64,000 bases of DNA. Source: Scyliorhinus canicula (taxonomy: Eukaryota). Below the pieces are notes generated by a model that saw only the letters and a list, made by a program, of their open reading frames with translations, did not search any database and had not been told where the DNA came from. The stretch is from contig NC_052152.1 in NCBI RefSeq assembly GCF_902713615.1, positions 60,236,818 through 60,300,817 of the forward strand, read 5' to 3'. How positions within the stretch are numbered: position 1 is the stretch's first letter; each line of letters begins with the position of its first letter. Made by a program: the position numbers and the translations under genes. Positions 11,109 to 22,479 of the stretch are shown in pieces.

Positions 11109-12099
11109 CATTGATGGTTTCTGAAGTTTTCCTTCTGGCCCACCACTAATCTGCACAGCAATGTGTTTATTTTCTTTCAATTTGATGCCACCCTCAAATT
11201 CCTTAATTAGCTCAAGGATGCATCATTCTTCACATCCTTTTTTACAAGCCCCCATTATTTCTTGATTTCTGCTCTATCCTATCGTGTAATTACTCTTAGA
11301 GTATCTATAAACTTCTACCACCAGTGGCTCCATTTTCTTGTTATGTATTATCTCCAACCAAATAAATTTTACATCTTGACCTTCCAAATCAGGATCATTT
11401 CTCAAGGCTGTTCCTGATCTCATTCTTTCTTAACAGAGCTACTCCACTCCTTTTTGCTTTTTTCAATACCCTTGAATATTCAGTTCCTAGTTTTAGTTAC
11501 CTTGCAACCACATCTCTATAATGGCTATCATATAATACCCACTTATTTATATTCAATCAATTCTTCTATCTTTTTTTAAATGTTGAGTGTATTTAGAAAA
11601 GAGCCTTTGATTCTGTCCTTTTACCATTTACTTACCTTATTTGCTGTTGCACTCCTTTGTTTGTACACTCTCTGTGCTTTCCTGTCATAGTCTGGTTATC
11701 ATCACCCATAAACTACCCTGCATTATTACCTTGCCTGAACTCTTAATTTTCAAAATTCCCTACCACTGGCCTATTTCCATCCCCTCCACCCTTAGTTTAA
11801 AGTGCCTCTATAGCCCTGGGTATTCTATTTGCCAGGACGCTGGCTCCAGTGTAGTTCAAGTGAAGCCTGCCCTGAAGATACAGCTCCCTCTTGTTCCAGT
11901 ACTGGTGCCAATGCCCCATGAATTGAAACCCATTTCTGCCACATCAGTCTTTGAGCCACACATTCAACACACTGATCTCATTTGCACATATCTTGGGTAG
12001 TAATCCAGAAATTATTACCTTTTGTGGTCCTGTTTTTTACAAGCTGCCCATACTCCCTGAGCAGAAATTCTTTCTTGGGTATCAGCTACGTGGGTAAGA

Positions 12100-12910
12100 C
12101 TAGGTGGACAGTGACAACTGGGTCCTATTCCTTCCATTCAGCACCATTCACCACTCCTCAGATAATGAAGCAGTCCATGTCCAAATGCAGCAAGACCTGG
12201 ACAATATCCAGGTTTGGGCTGACAAGTGGCAAGTTACATTCGCCCCACACTCGAAATTCAATAGCATTACCATTGCTGAATCAACATCCTGAGGGTTACC
12301 ATTGATCAGAAACTGAACTGGACTGGCCATATTAATACTGTGGCTACAGGGCAGGTCAAAGGCCAGGAATCCTATGGTGAACAACTCACCACCTGACCCC
12401 CCAAAGCCTGTCCACTGTCTACAAGGAGTGTAATGGAATACTCTACACTTGCCTGGATGAGTGCAGCTCCAACAACACTCGTGAAGCTCAATGCCATCCA
12501 GGACAAAGCAGTCCGCTTGATTGCTTCCCCTTCCACCGCCGATGAACAGTGGCAGCTATGTGCACCATCTACAAGATGCGCTGCAGTAAACTCACCAAGG
12601 TTCCTCAGACAGCACCTTCCAAACCCACGACCCCTATCATCTGGAAGGACAAGAGCAGCAGATACCTGGGAACCCCACCACCTGGAGGTTCCCCTCCAAG
12701 TCACTCACCATCCTGATTTGGAAATATATCACCATTCTTTACTGTCGCTGGGGCAACATCCTGGAACTCTCTCCCTAACAGCACAGTGGGTGTACCTACA
12801 CCTTGAAGACTGCAGCAGTTCAAGAAGGCAACTCATCACCACCTTCTGAAGGGCAACTAGGGATGGGCAATAAATCCTGGCCTAACCAGTGATGCCGACA
12901 TCCCGTAAAC
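12100..12910 (+). mobile_element. CR1/L2-group LINE 3' fragment
   Basis: MQQDLDNIQVWADKWQVTFAP and MEYSTLAWMSAAPTTLVKLNAIQDKAVRLI (RT C-terminal region); tail gggcaactagggatgggcaataaa..gatgccgacatccc. Confidence 0.85.
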
Positions 12911-13140
12911 AAAATTTTAAATAATTCCAACCCCAAGTAGACGTCATTAACCCAGGCACTGGACAGACAGCAACGGAGCCTTCAGCACATGCTCCCAGCT
13001 GCAGAGAATAGTGTCTATCCCTCTAACTATGCTGTCTGCTCCTACTATTGCATTCCTTTTTATTCCCATCCCTCTCACCCCATCCCCACTTGAATGGCCC
13101 CCATACCATGATACTGTGGTCAGTTTGTCCATCGTCCCTG

Positions 13141-13468
13141 CATAGAATCATAGAATTTACAGTGCAGAAGGAGGCCATTCGGCCCATCGAGTTTGTATCG
13201 GCCCTTGGAAAGAGCACCCCACCTAAGCCCACACCTCCACCCTATCCCCGTAACCTAGTAACCCCACCTAACCTTTGTGGACTAAGGGCAATTTAGTATG
13301 GCCAATCCACCTAACCTGCACATCTTTGGACTGTGGGAGGAAACCGGAGCACCCGGAGGAAAACCACACAGACACAGGGAGAACAGACAGTGACACAAGC
13401 CGGAAATCAAACCTGGGACCATGAAGCTATGAAGCAACAGTGCCAACCACTATGCTACCATGCCCCCC
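13141..13468 (-). mobile_element. HE1-like V-SINE, long variant
   Basis: Reverse complement of head, V-domain and tail. Confidence 0.9.
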
Positions 13469-14134
13469 CATGGTACCTGCTCTCGTCCGCAAAGGCTGGA
13501 AGAACCTTGTACCAGGAGGATTTGTGCAAGGACTGAAGCTCCTCTGGGGCTACCTTCTGGATCCCCACACATAGTCATACCCTCATGTCCATGACCACAG
13601 ACTAAATCTGAAGTGCTTAACCTAAGGCATGTGACCACCTCCTGGAACAAACTGTCCAGGTGAATTTCCTCCTCACTGGTGCAACAATGTTCAGAGCTCA
13701 AACCCTTGCTCATCAACTCTTGAGCTGAAGCTCCTCAAGCTGCAGACATTTAGTGCAGATTGTGGTTGCTGTAGCTCATGCTGATGTTCACCAGCTTTCA
13801 CATGCGACACTTGCAATCCAACATCCACTTTGCCATCACTATTACATTTCATTTAACTAATTAGGTTTAACATTTTGAAACACCACTCAACAATTATTTG
13901 CGGTTATACTGTATTAAGTAACAAAATGCAAAAAGCTATGCATTTCATGGATTAATTATATCTCCGTGGTCTTAGTTTAAATCAGTGCCCCATTTAAAAG
14001 AAAACAAACCATAAAACCCAGACCTTAGACCTCAGGTCTCCGGTTTCGCTATATCTCATTTCCTCTCTCAGACCACTCCTCGTTTTGTGAAAGACCACAA
14101 CAGTACCTCTTCTTTCACAGCCCCAAATCGGAGT

Positions 14135-14303
14135 TAATAATAATAATTGCTTATTGTCTCAAGTAGGCTTCAATGAACTTACTGTGAAAAGCCCCTAATC
14201 ACCACATTCCGGCACCTGTTCGGGGAGGCTAGTACGGGAATTGAACCCGTGCTGCTGGTCTTGTTCTGCATTACAAGCCAGCTGTTTAGCCCACTGTGCT
14301 AAA
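14135..14303 (-). mobile_element. Short tRNA-headed SINE
   Basis: Reverse complement of 4073-4243 family. Confidence 0.85.
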
Positions 14304-14719
14304 GAGTTAAGTACTCTTTTGAATCTACGGCGGGATTCTCCGACCTCCCGCTGGGTCGGTGTGAATCCTGCCCCCGCCGGCTGCCGAATTCTCCGGCGCC
14401 GGGGATTTGGCATGGGCGGGAATCTCGCCGCACCAATGTTTATTACTCAACCAACACTACAAACTGGAGTGACTAATCATAGTTCACAAGGCATTAGTAA
14501 ATCAGGAGGAATATGATAATTCAGGTTTTCTAATTCAAACATTTGGAAAAGCAAGCTAGATTATTTCTTTCAACTCTCAACAGCTAAGAAATCTTGATAA
14601 ATTTTAGATTTATTTTTTAATCACAAATAAACGCCATTGGTGGTCTAGTCACAGCTGTTTGTGAATTGTTCACAATTAAAAGCAGTGATTTGTGAATAAA
14701 TGGCAATGTAACTGTGTGC

Positions 14720-15600
14720 AGAAATAAAGTTTGAGAATTTAGCCTCAAATCTTCAGATGAAGGGCTGTGTCATTCTACATCATACATGTCAATGCACATC
14801 TTGCACGCTGAGAAATTCTGCAAGTTGATCACATTCCAAATGCATCCATACATTCGCAAGTTCTGTCAAGCTGCAGTAAGGTAAAACTGGCTTGGAGACC
14901 TGTTGGAAAGTTATGAGGGGGCGGCATGGTGATGCAGTTCGATCCTGGCCCTGCACCACGTGTCTGCATGGGTTTCACCCCCAGAACCCAAAGATGTGCA
15001 GGTTAGGTGGATTGGCCACACTAAATTGCCCCTTAATTGGAAAAAAAAATGGAGTATTCTGAATTTATAAACAAAAAGGACAGTTATGGGCGAGTATTGC
15101 TGAAACACTTTGCATCACAACAGTAACCCTAGTCCACCCTGCTGAAGGCTACTTCTCTGCTTTGAGACACTGCAGTGGCCCACATAAATTGTGGATGTGC
15201 AGTTGATTGCTGCTAAGAGGACTGTGTCAGGGACAAGCAAGCCCATACCAACTGAGTGGCTTTGGTGCTGTACCACATTGCCTGGTCTGCGATTTGCAGC
15301 GGTCCCATGCTTTCGGATCGAAAAAGACACAAGTGTCAGAAAAACCTGAAGAGCCACTAAGAAAGCACTGGCTATTCTTTAAAACGGCATCTAATACTCA
15401 TGAAAAAGCCAATACCGCTTCACTGACATGGCAGTAAAGGTCCCTGACTTTAACCTTCCTTGAAGACTGTGGACAGCACTCAACTGATTTGGTATGGATG
15501 TGGTCAATGTAGCCACTGCTCTTTAGGTGGCAGGTGATGGATGACCCAAAGTCACATGTTCTCAATGGAACATATCACATTGACCTTCCTGCATAAAATC
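14720..15600 (+). mobile_element. Possible very old Tc1/mariner transposase remnant, with a short SINE inserted at ~14917-15077
   Basis: LWCCTTLPGL, WLFFKTASNTH and PDFNL..RLWTAL resemble the VWGC, FQQDNAPxH and SPDLNPIExLW motifs in correct order; heavily degenerate. Confidence 0.3.
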
Positions 15601-16143
15601 TGTTGTGGGAGACACCTTGTTTCTCTACTTAGCATTTCAGGAGACCATTGAATGGCTAGCCAAATTAGACATCTCGTTATAAACTTTATCCATCATTACT
15701 AAAGTAAGAGTACATTGAGGGTAAACATTTCCAGTCTGATGCTTGATCAATGACTCCAGAAGCGAGATTGGATGACAATTGAAGGCTTTATTGGACGAGA
15801 TTTTTCCCCCAGCAGCGCAGGTACAGAATGCAGCAGCTGGGGAGACACCGACTATTATACTCCGCCTTCCAGGGTGGAACCAGCAGGCAGGCTTCACCAA
15901 TGATCTTGCTGTCTCAGGTACCTCCCACACCAATGGTCTTACAGCCTCAACCTGGGTACCGTAATACCCCTAATACCAACTACCACATTCACCCCCTGTT
16001 AAAAAAAAAAAGAGTCCGGCGGGGGTGGTGGTCTTGCGTTATACAGTGGTAGAGGTTGAGATTATGGTGGTACCCATCGGCGGTACAGTGTTTATCCTTG
16101 TTACATGTCACAACTATTTATAGTATCTATTTACATGTACATA

Positions 16144-18682
16144 TCAAAATGAAGCAATTAGTCGATCGGGGGCCCTGGTCGTCCTCTGTGAACTTCGCAG
16201 TTTCGGTGGTGATGCAGGCGCCGGCTCGGGCATCCGTGACTCCGGGAGCGTGACTTCGGTTTCCTCGGTAGCTTCATCGCCCCTAGATGGGACCAGTGGG
16301 AGAAGTGATCCACCTGGGAAGGGGGCGGCCGTGGGGTGTGGCGGTGGGAGGTGGGGGTGGGGTGTGGGTGGGGATCCAGCGGGCACCAGGTCCCGTAAGG
16401 AGACTGTATCTTGTCGGCCATCGTGGTACGCCACGTAAGCATACTAAGGGTTAGCGTGAAGGAGGTGGACCCTCTCGACCAATGGGTCCGATTTGTGCGC
16501 CCGCACGTGTTTGCGGAGCAGGAGTCCAGGAGCTGCCAGCCAGGTTGGGAGTGAGGTCCCGGAGGAGGACTTCCTAGGGAAGACGAGGAGACGTTCATGA
16601 GGTGTTTCGTTTGTCGTGGTACACAGCAGTGATCGGATGGAGTGGAGTGCATTGGGGAGGACCTCCTGCCAGGGGGAGACTGGGAGATTCCTGGACCATA
16701 GGGCCAGTAGGACGGTCTTCTAGACCGTTCCATTTTCCCTCTCTATCTGCCTGTTTCCCCGGGAGTTATAACTGGTCGTCCTGCTCGAGGCAATGCTCTT
16801 GCTGAGCAGGAATTGACACAGTTTGTCGCTCATGAAGGAGGACCCCCTATTGCTGTGTATGTAGGCGGGGAAACCGAACAGTGTAAAGATACTGTGGAGG
16901 GCTTTTATGACGGTGGCTGCGGTCATGTCGGGGCAAGGGATGGCGAATGGGAACCGGGAGTACTCGTCAATCACGTTCACGAAGTACGTGTTGCGGTCGG
17001 TGAATGGGAGGGGCCCTTTGAAGTCCATACTGAGGCGTTCAAAGGGACGGGAAGCCTTTACCAGGTGCGCTTTCTCTGGCCTGTAGAAGTGCGGCTTGCA
17101 CTCCGCGCAGATTTGACAGTTCCTGGTGCGGTCCTGACCTCCTCGATGGAGTAGGGCAGGTTGCGGGTCTTGATAAAATTGAAGAATCGAGTGACCCCGG
17201 GTGGCAGAGGTCCTCATGGAGGGCCTGGAGTCGGTCCACTTGTGCGTTGGCACATGTGCCGCAGGATAGGGCATCAGGAGGCTCGTTTATCTTCCCGGGA
17301 CGATACAAGATCTCATAGTTGTAGGTGGAGAGCTCGATCCTCCACTGTAAGATCTTATTGTTCTTTATCTTGCCCCGCTGTGCATTATCGAACATGAAAG
17401 AAACCGACCGTTGGTCAGTGAGTAGCATGAATCCCCTGCCGGCCAGGTAATGCCTCCAGTGCCGCACAGCTTCTACTATGGCTTGCGCCTCCTTTTCAAC
17501 GGAGGAATAACGGATTTCAGAAGCATGGAGGGTGTGTGAGAAGAAGGCCACGGGCCTGCCCGCTTGGTTGAGGGTGGCTGCCAGAGCTATGTCGGATGCG
17601 TCGCTCTCAACTTGAATGGAAGGGATTCGTCGATTGTGTTCATCGTGGCCTTTGCGATGTCCGCTTTTATGCGGCTGAAGGCCTGGCAGGCCTGTGCCGA
17701 CAGGGAAAAACCGTGGATTGGATTAGTGGGTGGGCCTTGTCCGCATTATTGGGGACCCACTGGTCATAATATGAAAAAAAATCCCAGGCAGCGTTTCAGG
17801 GCCTTGGCACAGTGGGGGAGGGGAAACTCCATGAGGGGGCGCATGCGTTCGGGATCTGGGCCTATAACTCCATCATGCACTATGTAGCTGAGGATGGTTA
17901 GATGGTTGGTGCTGAACACGCATTTGTCTTTGTTGTAGGTGAGATTAAGGATTTTTGCAGTATGGAGGTTGGTGTTGTGGCCACAGATGGTGACATTGTC
18001 GAGGTACGGAAACGTGGCCCGCAAACCGTACTGGTCAACCATTCGGTCCATCTCCCGTTGGAAGACCGAGACTCCATTTGTGACACCGAAGGGAACCCTC
18101 AGGAAGTGGTAGAGCCGCCCATCTGCTTCGAATGCAGGGTATTTGCAGTCGTCCAGGTGGATGGGGAGCTGGTGGTAGGCGGATTTGAGGTCCACCGCGG
18201 AAAATACCTTGTATTGTGCAATCTGATTGACCAAATCAGATATGCGGGGGAGAGGGTACGCGTCGACCCGCATATACCTGTTGATGGTCTGACTATAATC
18301 GATGACCATCCTATGCTTCTCCCCGGTCTTTACAACCACTACTTGAGCTCTCCAGGGGCTGTTGCTAGCCTCGATAATACCTTCTTTCAGTAACCACTGG
18401 ACTTCCGACCTAATGAAGGTCCGGTCCTGGGCACTGTATCGTCTGCTCCTGGTGGCGACGGGCTTGCAATCCGGGTGAGGTTTGCAAAAAGGGAAGGTGG
18501 GTCGACCTTGAGGGTCGCGAGGCTGCAGACAGTGAGGGGGTTATAGGGCCGCTGAATTTAAAGGTTAAGCTCTGGAGGTTGCATTGGAAGTCTAAGCCTA
18601 GGAGTGTGGCAGCGCAGAGGTGAGGAAGGACATAGAACAGGAAATTTTTTAATTCCCTTCCCTGGACCGTTAGATTACCCAA
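16144..18682 (-). pseudogene. pol: Gypsy pol (protease C-term, RT, RNase H, integrase), frameshifted
   Basis: DAYPLPRI..DLKSAYHQ..PFGVTN..YLDNV (RT). YSSVEKEAQAIV..LTDQR (RNase H). CQICAEC..MDFKGP..IDEYSRF..HSNRG..QIEREN (integrase; second Asp mutated). Confidence 0.95.
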
Positions 18683-18879
18683 TTATTTTTTCAAATTAAG
18701 GGGCAATTTAGCATGGCCAATCCACCTACTCTGCATATTTTTGGGTTGTGGGGCGAAACCCACGCAGACACAGGGAGAATGTGCAAACTCCACACGGACA
18801 GTGACCCAGAGTTGGGATCGAACCTGGGACATCAGTGCCGTGAAGCAGCTATGCTAACCACTAGGCCACTGTGCTGCCC
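18671..18879 (-). mobile_element. HE1-like short SINE inserted in Gypsy between gag and protease
   Basis: Reverse-complement SINE; no TSD seen. Confidence 0.9.
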
Positions 18880-18899
18880 TGTCATGGTAAAAGTTGAAG

Positions 18900-19894
18900 A
18901 TTTTCCTCGGGCGGTGTGTGGTCATCCGAGTCTGGGTCCCGAGACTCCAGTCAAAATGGCGGCGCCCACGGGTCGCATATGGCTGGGGGTGTGCAAGATG
19001 GCGGTGCCCACGTGTCGCATGTGGTCCCTGGGGAACAATATGGTGGCGCCCAGGGCACGCACGTGGCTCGGGAAAACTAAGATGGCGGCGCCCGGTGCCC
19101 GCACGTGGCCCGTGGAGAGAGTTGTGGTGGCGGCCCTGGTTCGCCCCCGGAGATGGCGGCAACCGCCCGGTCCTGGCATACCGCCACGAAATGGCCCATT
19201 TTTGCCGCACCCTTTGTAGGTGGAAGAGTGGGCCAGACAGCCGCTGCTGGGGGTGCTTGGCTTGCCCTCAAAAATAACAGCGGGGCCCCCCGGGGTTGCC
19301 TGGTAGTCACGCGGCACAAGCTTGTGGGGGGATGGGGGATGCATCGGGGTCGGCCATGGGGACGTACGCTCCAGCATTTCGGGAGGCCACATCCAGGGAG
19401 CTAGCAAGGGCCCGTGCATCCTTCTGGCTTAGTGTCTCTTTCTCTAGCAGCCGCTGGCGGATTTGGGAGGACAGCATACCTGCAACGAACGCATCCCGGA
19501 TTAAAAGTTCTGTGTGGTCGCTGGCTGAAACTTGCGGGCAGTCACAGTTCCTACCGAGTACCAGATGTGCACGGTAGAATTCATCCAGCGATTTCCCCCA
19601 GGATTTGTCGCTTGTCGCTAGCAGATGTTGGGCATAGACATGGTTTACTGGGCGAATATAGTGTCCTTTCAACAGGGCCATCGCGGCCTTGAAATCGTCC
19701 GCATCCTCGATGAGGGTGTATATCTCTGGGCTCACCCTCGAGTGGAGAACTTGCATCTTCTGGTCCTCTGTGGGTGTAGTCATGGCCATCCTGAGGTACC
19801 TGTTGAAGCACACCAGCCAATGTTTGAAAGTTGCCACTGAGTTTGCCGCGTGGGGGCTGAGTTGCAGACACTCTGGCTTGATTCGCTGCTCCAT
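18900..19894 (-). pseudogene. gag: Gypsy gag (frameshifted)
   Basis: ORF 19307..19894 MEQRIKPECL..ELLIRDAFVAGML..IRQRLLE; Zn-knuckle-like remnant (YKGCGKNGPF/MGHFVAVC) near 19180-19300. Confidence 0.85.
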
Positions 19895-20199
19895 TCTTTA
19901 AAATCTAGTCCAATAAATTGATGCTCGATCAATGACTCCAGAAGCGAGATTGGAGACAATTGAAAGGCTTTATTGGACTGGATGTTTCCCCCAGTTCCCC
20001 CAGCAGCGCAGGTACAGAATGCAGCAGCTGGGGAGACACAAACTCTTATACTCCGCTTTACTGGACGGAACCAGCAGGCAGGCTTCACCAATGATCTTAC
20101 TGTCTCGGGTACCTCCCACACCAATGGTCTTACAGCCTCAACCTGGGTACCGTAATACCCCTAATACCGACTACCACACAGTCAAAGTCTGAAGTCGGA

Positions 20200-20735
20200 A
20201 ATTTAGGAATGGCCCACCATGGAAGAATTAATTCAATAAAGAAAATCTGTAATTAACAGTCTATGAAGCCATTGTTGATTGCCATAAAAACCCATCTGGT
20301 TCACGAATGTCCTTCCTTTTGGGAAGGAAATCTGCCATCTTTTCTGGCCTGCATGTGACTCCAGACCCACAGCAATGTGTTTTTTTTTTTAAATTTAGAT
20401 TACCCAATTATTTTTTCCAATTAAGGGGCAATTTAGCGTAGCCAATCCACCTACTCTGCACATTTTTGGGTTGTGGGGGCGAAACCCACGCAGACACAGG
20501 GAGAATGTGCAAACTCCACACGGACAGTGACCCAGAGCCGGGATCGAACCTGGGACCTCAGCGCCGTGAGGCGGTTGTGCTAACCACTTGGCCACCGTGC
20601 TGCCCTCACAGCAATGTGTTTGACTTTTAACTGCCCTTTGAAATGGAGTAGCAAGCCACTCAGTTCAAGGGCAATTGCGGATGGGTAAGAAATGATGGCC
20701 CAACCAGCGATGCCCACATCCCATGAATGAATTAA
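20200..20735 (+). mobile_element. DeuSINE/SacSINE1-like SINE, with an HE1-like short SINE (20382-20605, minus) inserted
   Basis: aaaacccatctggttca..ggaaggaaatctgcc..tgtgactccagacccacagcaatgtg..ctgccct..aaatgg..agcaagccactcagtt core; nested SINE flanked by 15-bp TSD cacagcaatgtgttt. Confidence 0.75.
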
Positions 20736-20757
20736 AAGATTTATTTTTCAATTTTTA

Positions 20758-21045
20758 AAATAATCTTTATTGTCACAAGTAGGCTTACATTAACACTACA
20801 AGTAAATTACTGTGAAAAGCCCCTAGTCGCCACATTCCGCGCCTGTTCAGGTATACTGAGGGCGAATTCAGAATGTCCAACTCGCCTAACAGCACGTGTT
20901 TAGGGACTTGTGGGAGGAAACCAGAGCACCCAGAGGAACCGCACGGAGACACATGGAGACTCAGCACAGACAAATGATCCAAGCTGGGAATAGACCCTGG
21001 AGTTGTGAAGCAACAGTGCTAACCACGGTGCTACTGTGCTGCCCA
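20758..21045 (-). mobile_element. V-SINE head with the cggaatgtggcgactaggg tail (third variant)
   Basis: HE1-like head/V-domain joined to the tail of the 4073 family; second copy at 37527-37832. Confidence 0.8.
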
Positions 21046-22123
21046 TATAAAAGATACAAAATATAATTCTGTGACTAAATCTGATTGTTATTGTAAAATG
21101 GATCCTTCTGGGTCCGTGACTGGAGCTGCTTGGCAGATACAGGCAAGACGTCCATAAGTCATGATAATTTGCCTACTACTGCCATTGGGGGGAGGGGGTG
21201 GCGGGGCCATTCGGAGGAGGGGGTGGCGAGCTTGTGGGCAGCGGTGGGTGACTTGGGCTGTCAGCATTGGCTATGTGCATCCCTGGAAGGTACTCTTGAA
21301 GGAGTATTCATAAGCCTCCAACAATAGTGCCCAGCATTGGATCCAATCCAAGGTGAAGGGAAAGATCCCTTTGTCTTCCTTAGGTCCCCGTCAATTGTTG
21401 GCCGTAGATGTACAGATGGAATTCCTTCACTCCCAATATCACGGCCAGACCCTCTTTTTCGATTTATGCATGTGTCGTTCTGCATCTGCCAAATTTGTGA
21501 TGCATATTTTTCTGTCATTCTGTGATATGCATTCGATCGCTTGGTGCCAGCGTCCCATTGATGGGAGAGGACTTCCTTACTCCATATGGAGAGGCATCGC
21601 ATGTTTGCACCAGTGGTCCTGTGGGTTTATTGTGTGCCAATATGTTGGACAACAGCAGCTGTTGCTTCACTTTCTAAATGCTCCCGTCTGTGACGCCTGC
21701 CATGACCACTTTTGGTTCTCCTTCAACAATGCGTGCAGGGGTGCCAGTAAGGTGGCTAGGTTGGGGCTAAATTTCCCAGAATATTTGATGAAGCTTAGGA
21801 ACAACTTCAATTCCGTTATGTTTCGAGGGGTCAGTGCCCATTTATGGCCTTCACTTTGTCCTCTACAAGGTGCAGGCTGTCTTTTTAGGTTCAGTATTCA
21901 AGGTCAGTTACCTTGCCCGCCTGAAACACACACTTTCCCTGCTTGAGGCGGAGATCCGCGCTGGCGAATTGCTGTAGGACTTCCTCCAAGTTTGCCAGGT
22001 GTTCTTTTTCAGTGGCTCTTTTGATTAATACATCATCCAGCCTGTGATTAATACATCATACTGCCACCCTAGGCAGCTCTCGAAGGATACTTTTCATTAC
22101 CTGCTGGAAAATGGCGCATTTGG

Positions 22124-22475
22124 GGGCAGCAGGGTAGCATGGTGGTTAGCATAAATGCTTCACAGCTCCAGGGTCCCAGGTTCGATTCCCGGCTGGGTCA
22201 CTGTCTGTGTGGAGTCTGCACGTCCTCCCCCTGTGTGCGTGGGTTTCCTCCGGGTGCTCCGGTTTCCTCCCACAGTCCAAAGATGTGTGGGTTAGGTGGA
22301 TTGGCCATGCTAAATTGCCCGTAGTGTCCTAATAAAAGTAAGGTTAAGGGGGGGGTTGTTGGGTTACGGGTATAGGGTGGATACGTGGGTTTGAGTAGGG
22401 TGATCATGGCTCGGCACAACATTGAGGGCCGAAGGGCCTGTTCTGTGCTGTACTGTTCTATGTTCTATGTTCTAT
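22124..22475 (+). mobile_element. HE1-like V-SINE, full length, (tgttcta)n tail
   Basis: Complete head, V-domain, CR1-like tail. Confidence 0.95.
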
Positions 22476-22479
22476 GCCA

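Larger units (their letters stand above)
8575..13830 (-). mobile_element. Old fragmented CR1 element(s), 3' end near 8575 and ORF1 esterase/zinc-finger remnants near 12930-13830; interrupted by younger inserts
   Basis: CR1 3' tail at 8575-8890. RT/EN-like antisense remnants at 9655-11600. KRNAIVGADSIVRGIDTILC (ORF 12947..13132) matches the CR1 ORF1 GDS-type esterase motif. Confidence 0.6.
15737..20178 (-). mobile_element. Ty3/Gypsy LTR retrotransposon with both LTRs (decayed)
   Basis: LTRs 15737-15987 and 19919-20178 (TG..CA). 5-bp TSD CAGTC (15732-15736, 20179-20183). PPT aacagggggtgaa adjoining the 3' LTR. gag-PR-RT-RH-IN order. LTRs differ by about 15 substitutions and 3 indels (by eye). 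Confidence 0.95.

Noticed and set aside
21353-21946. 197-aa plus-strand ORF as a novel gene
   Set aside because: Antisense to Gypsy RT/RNase H on the minus strand.
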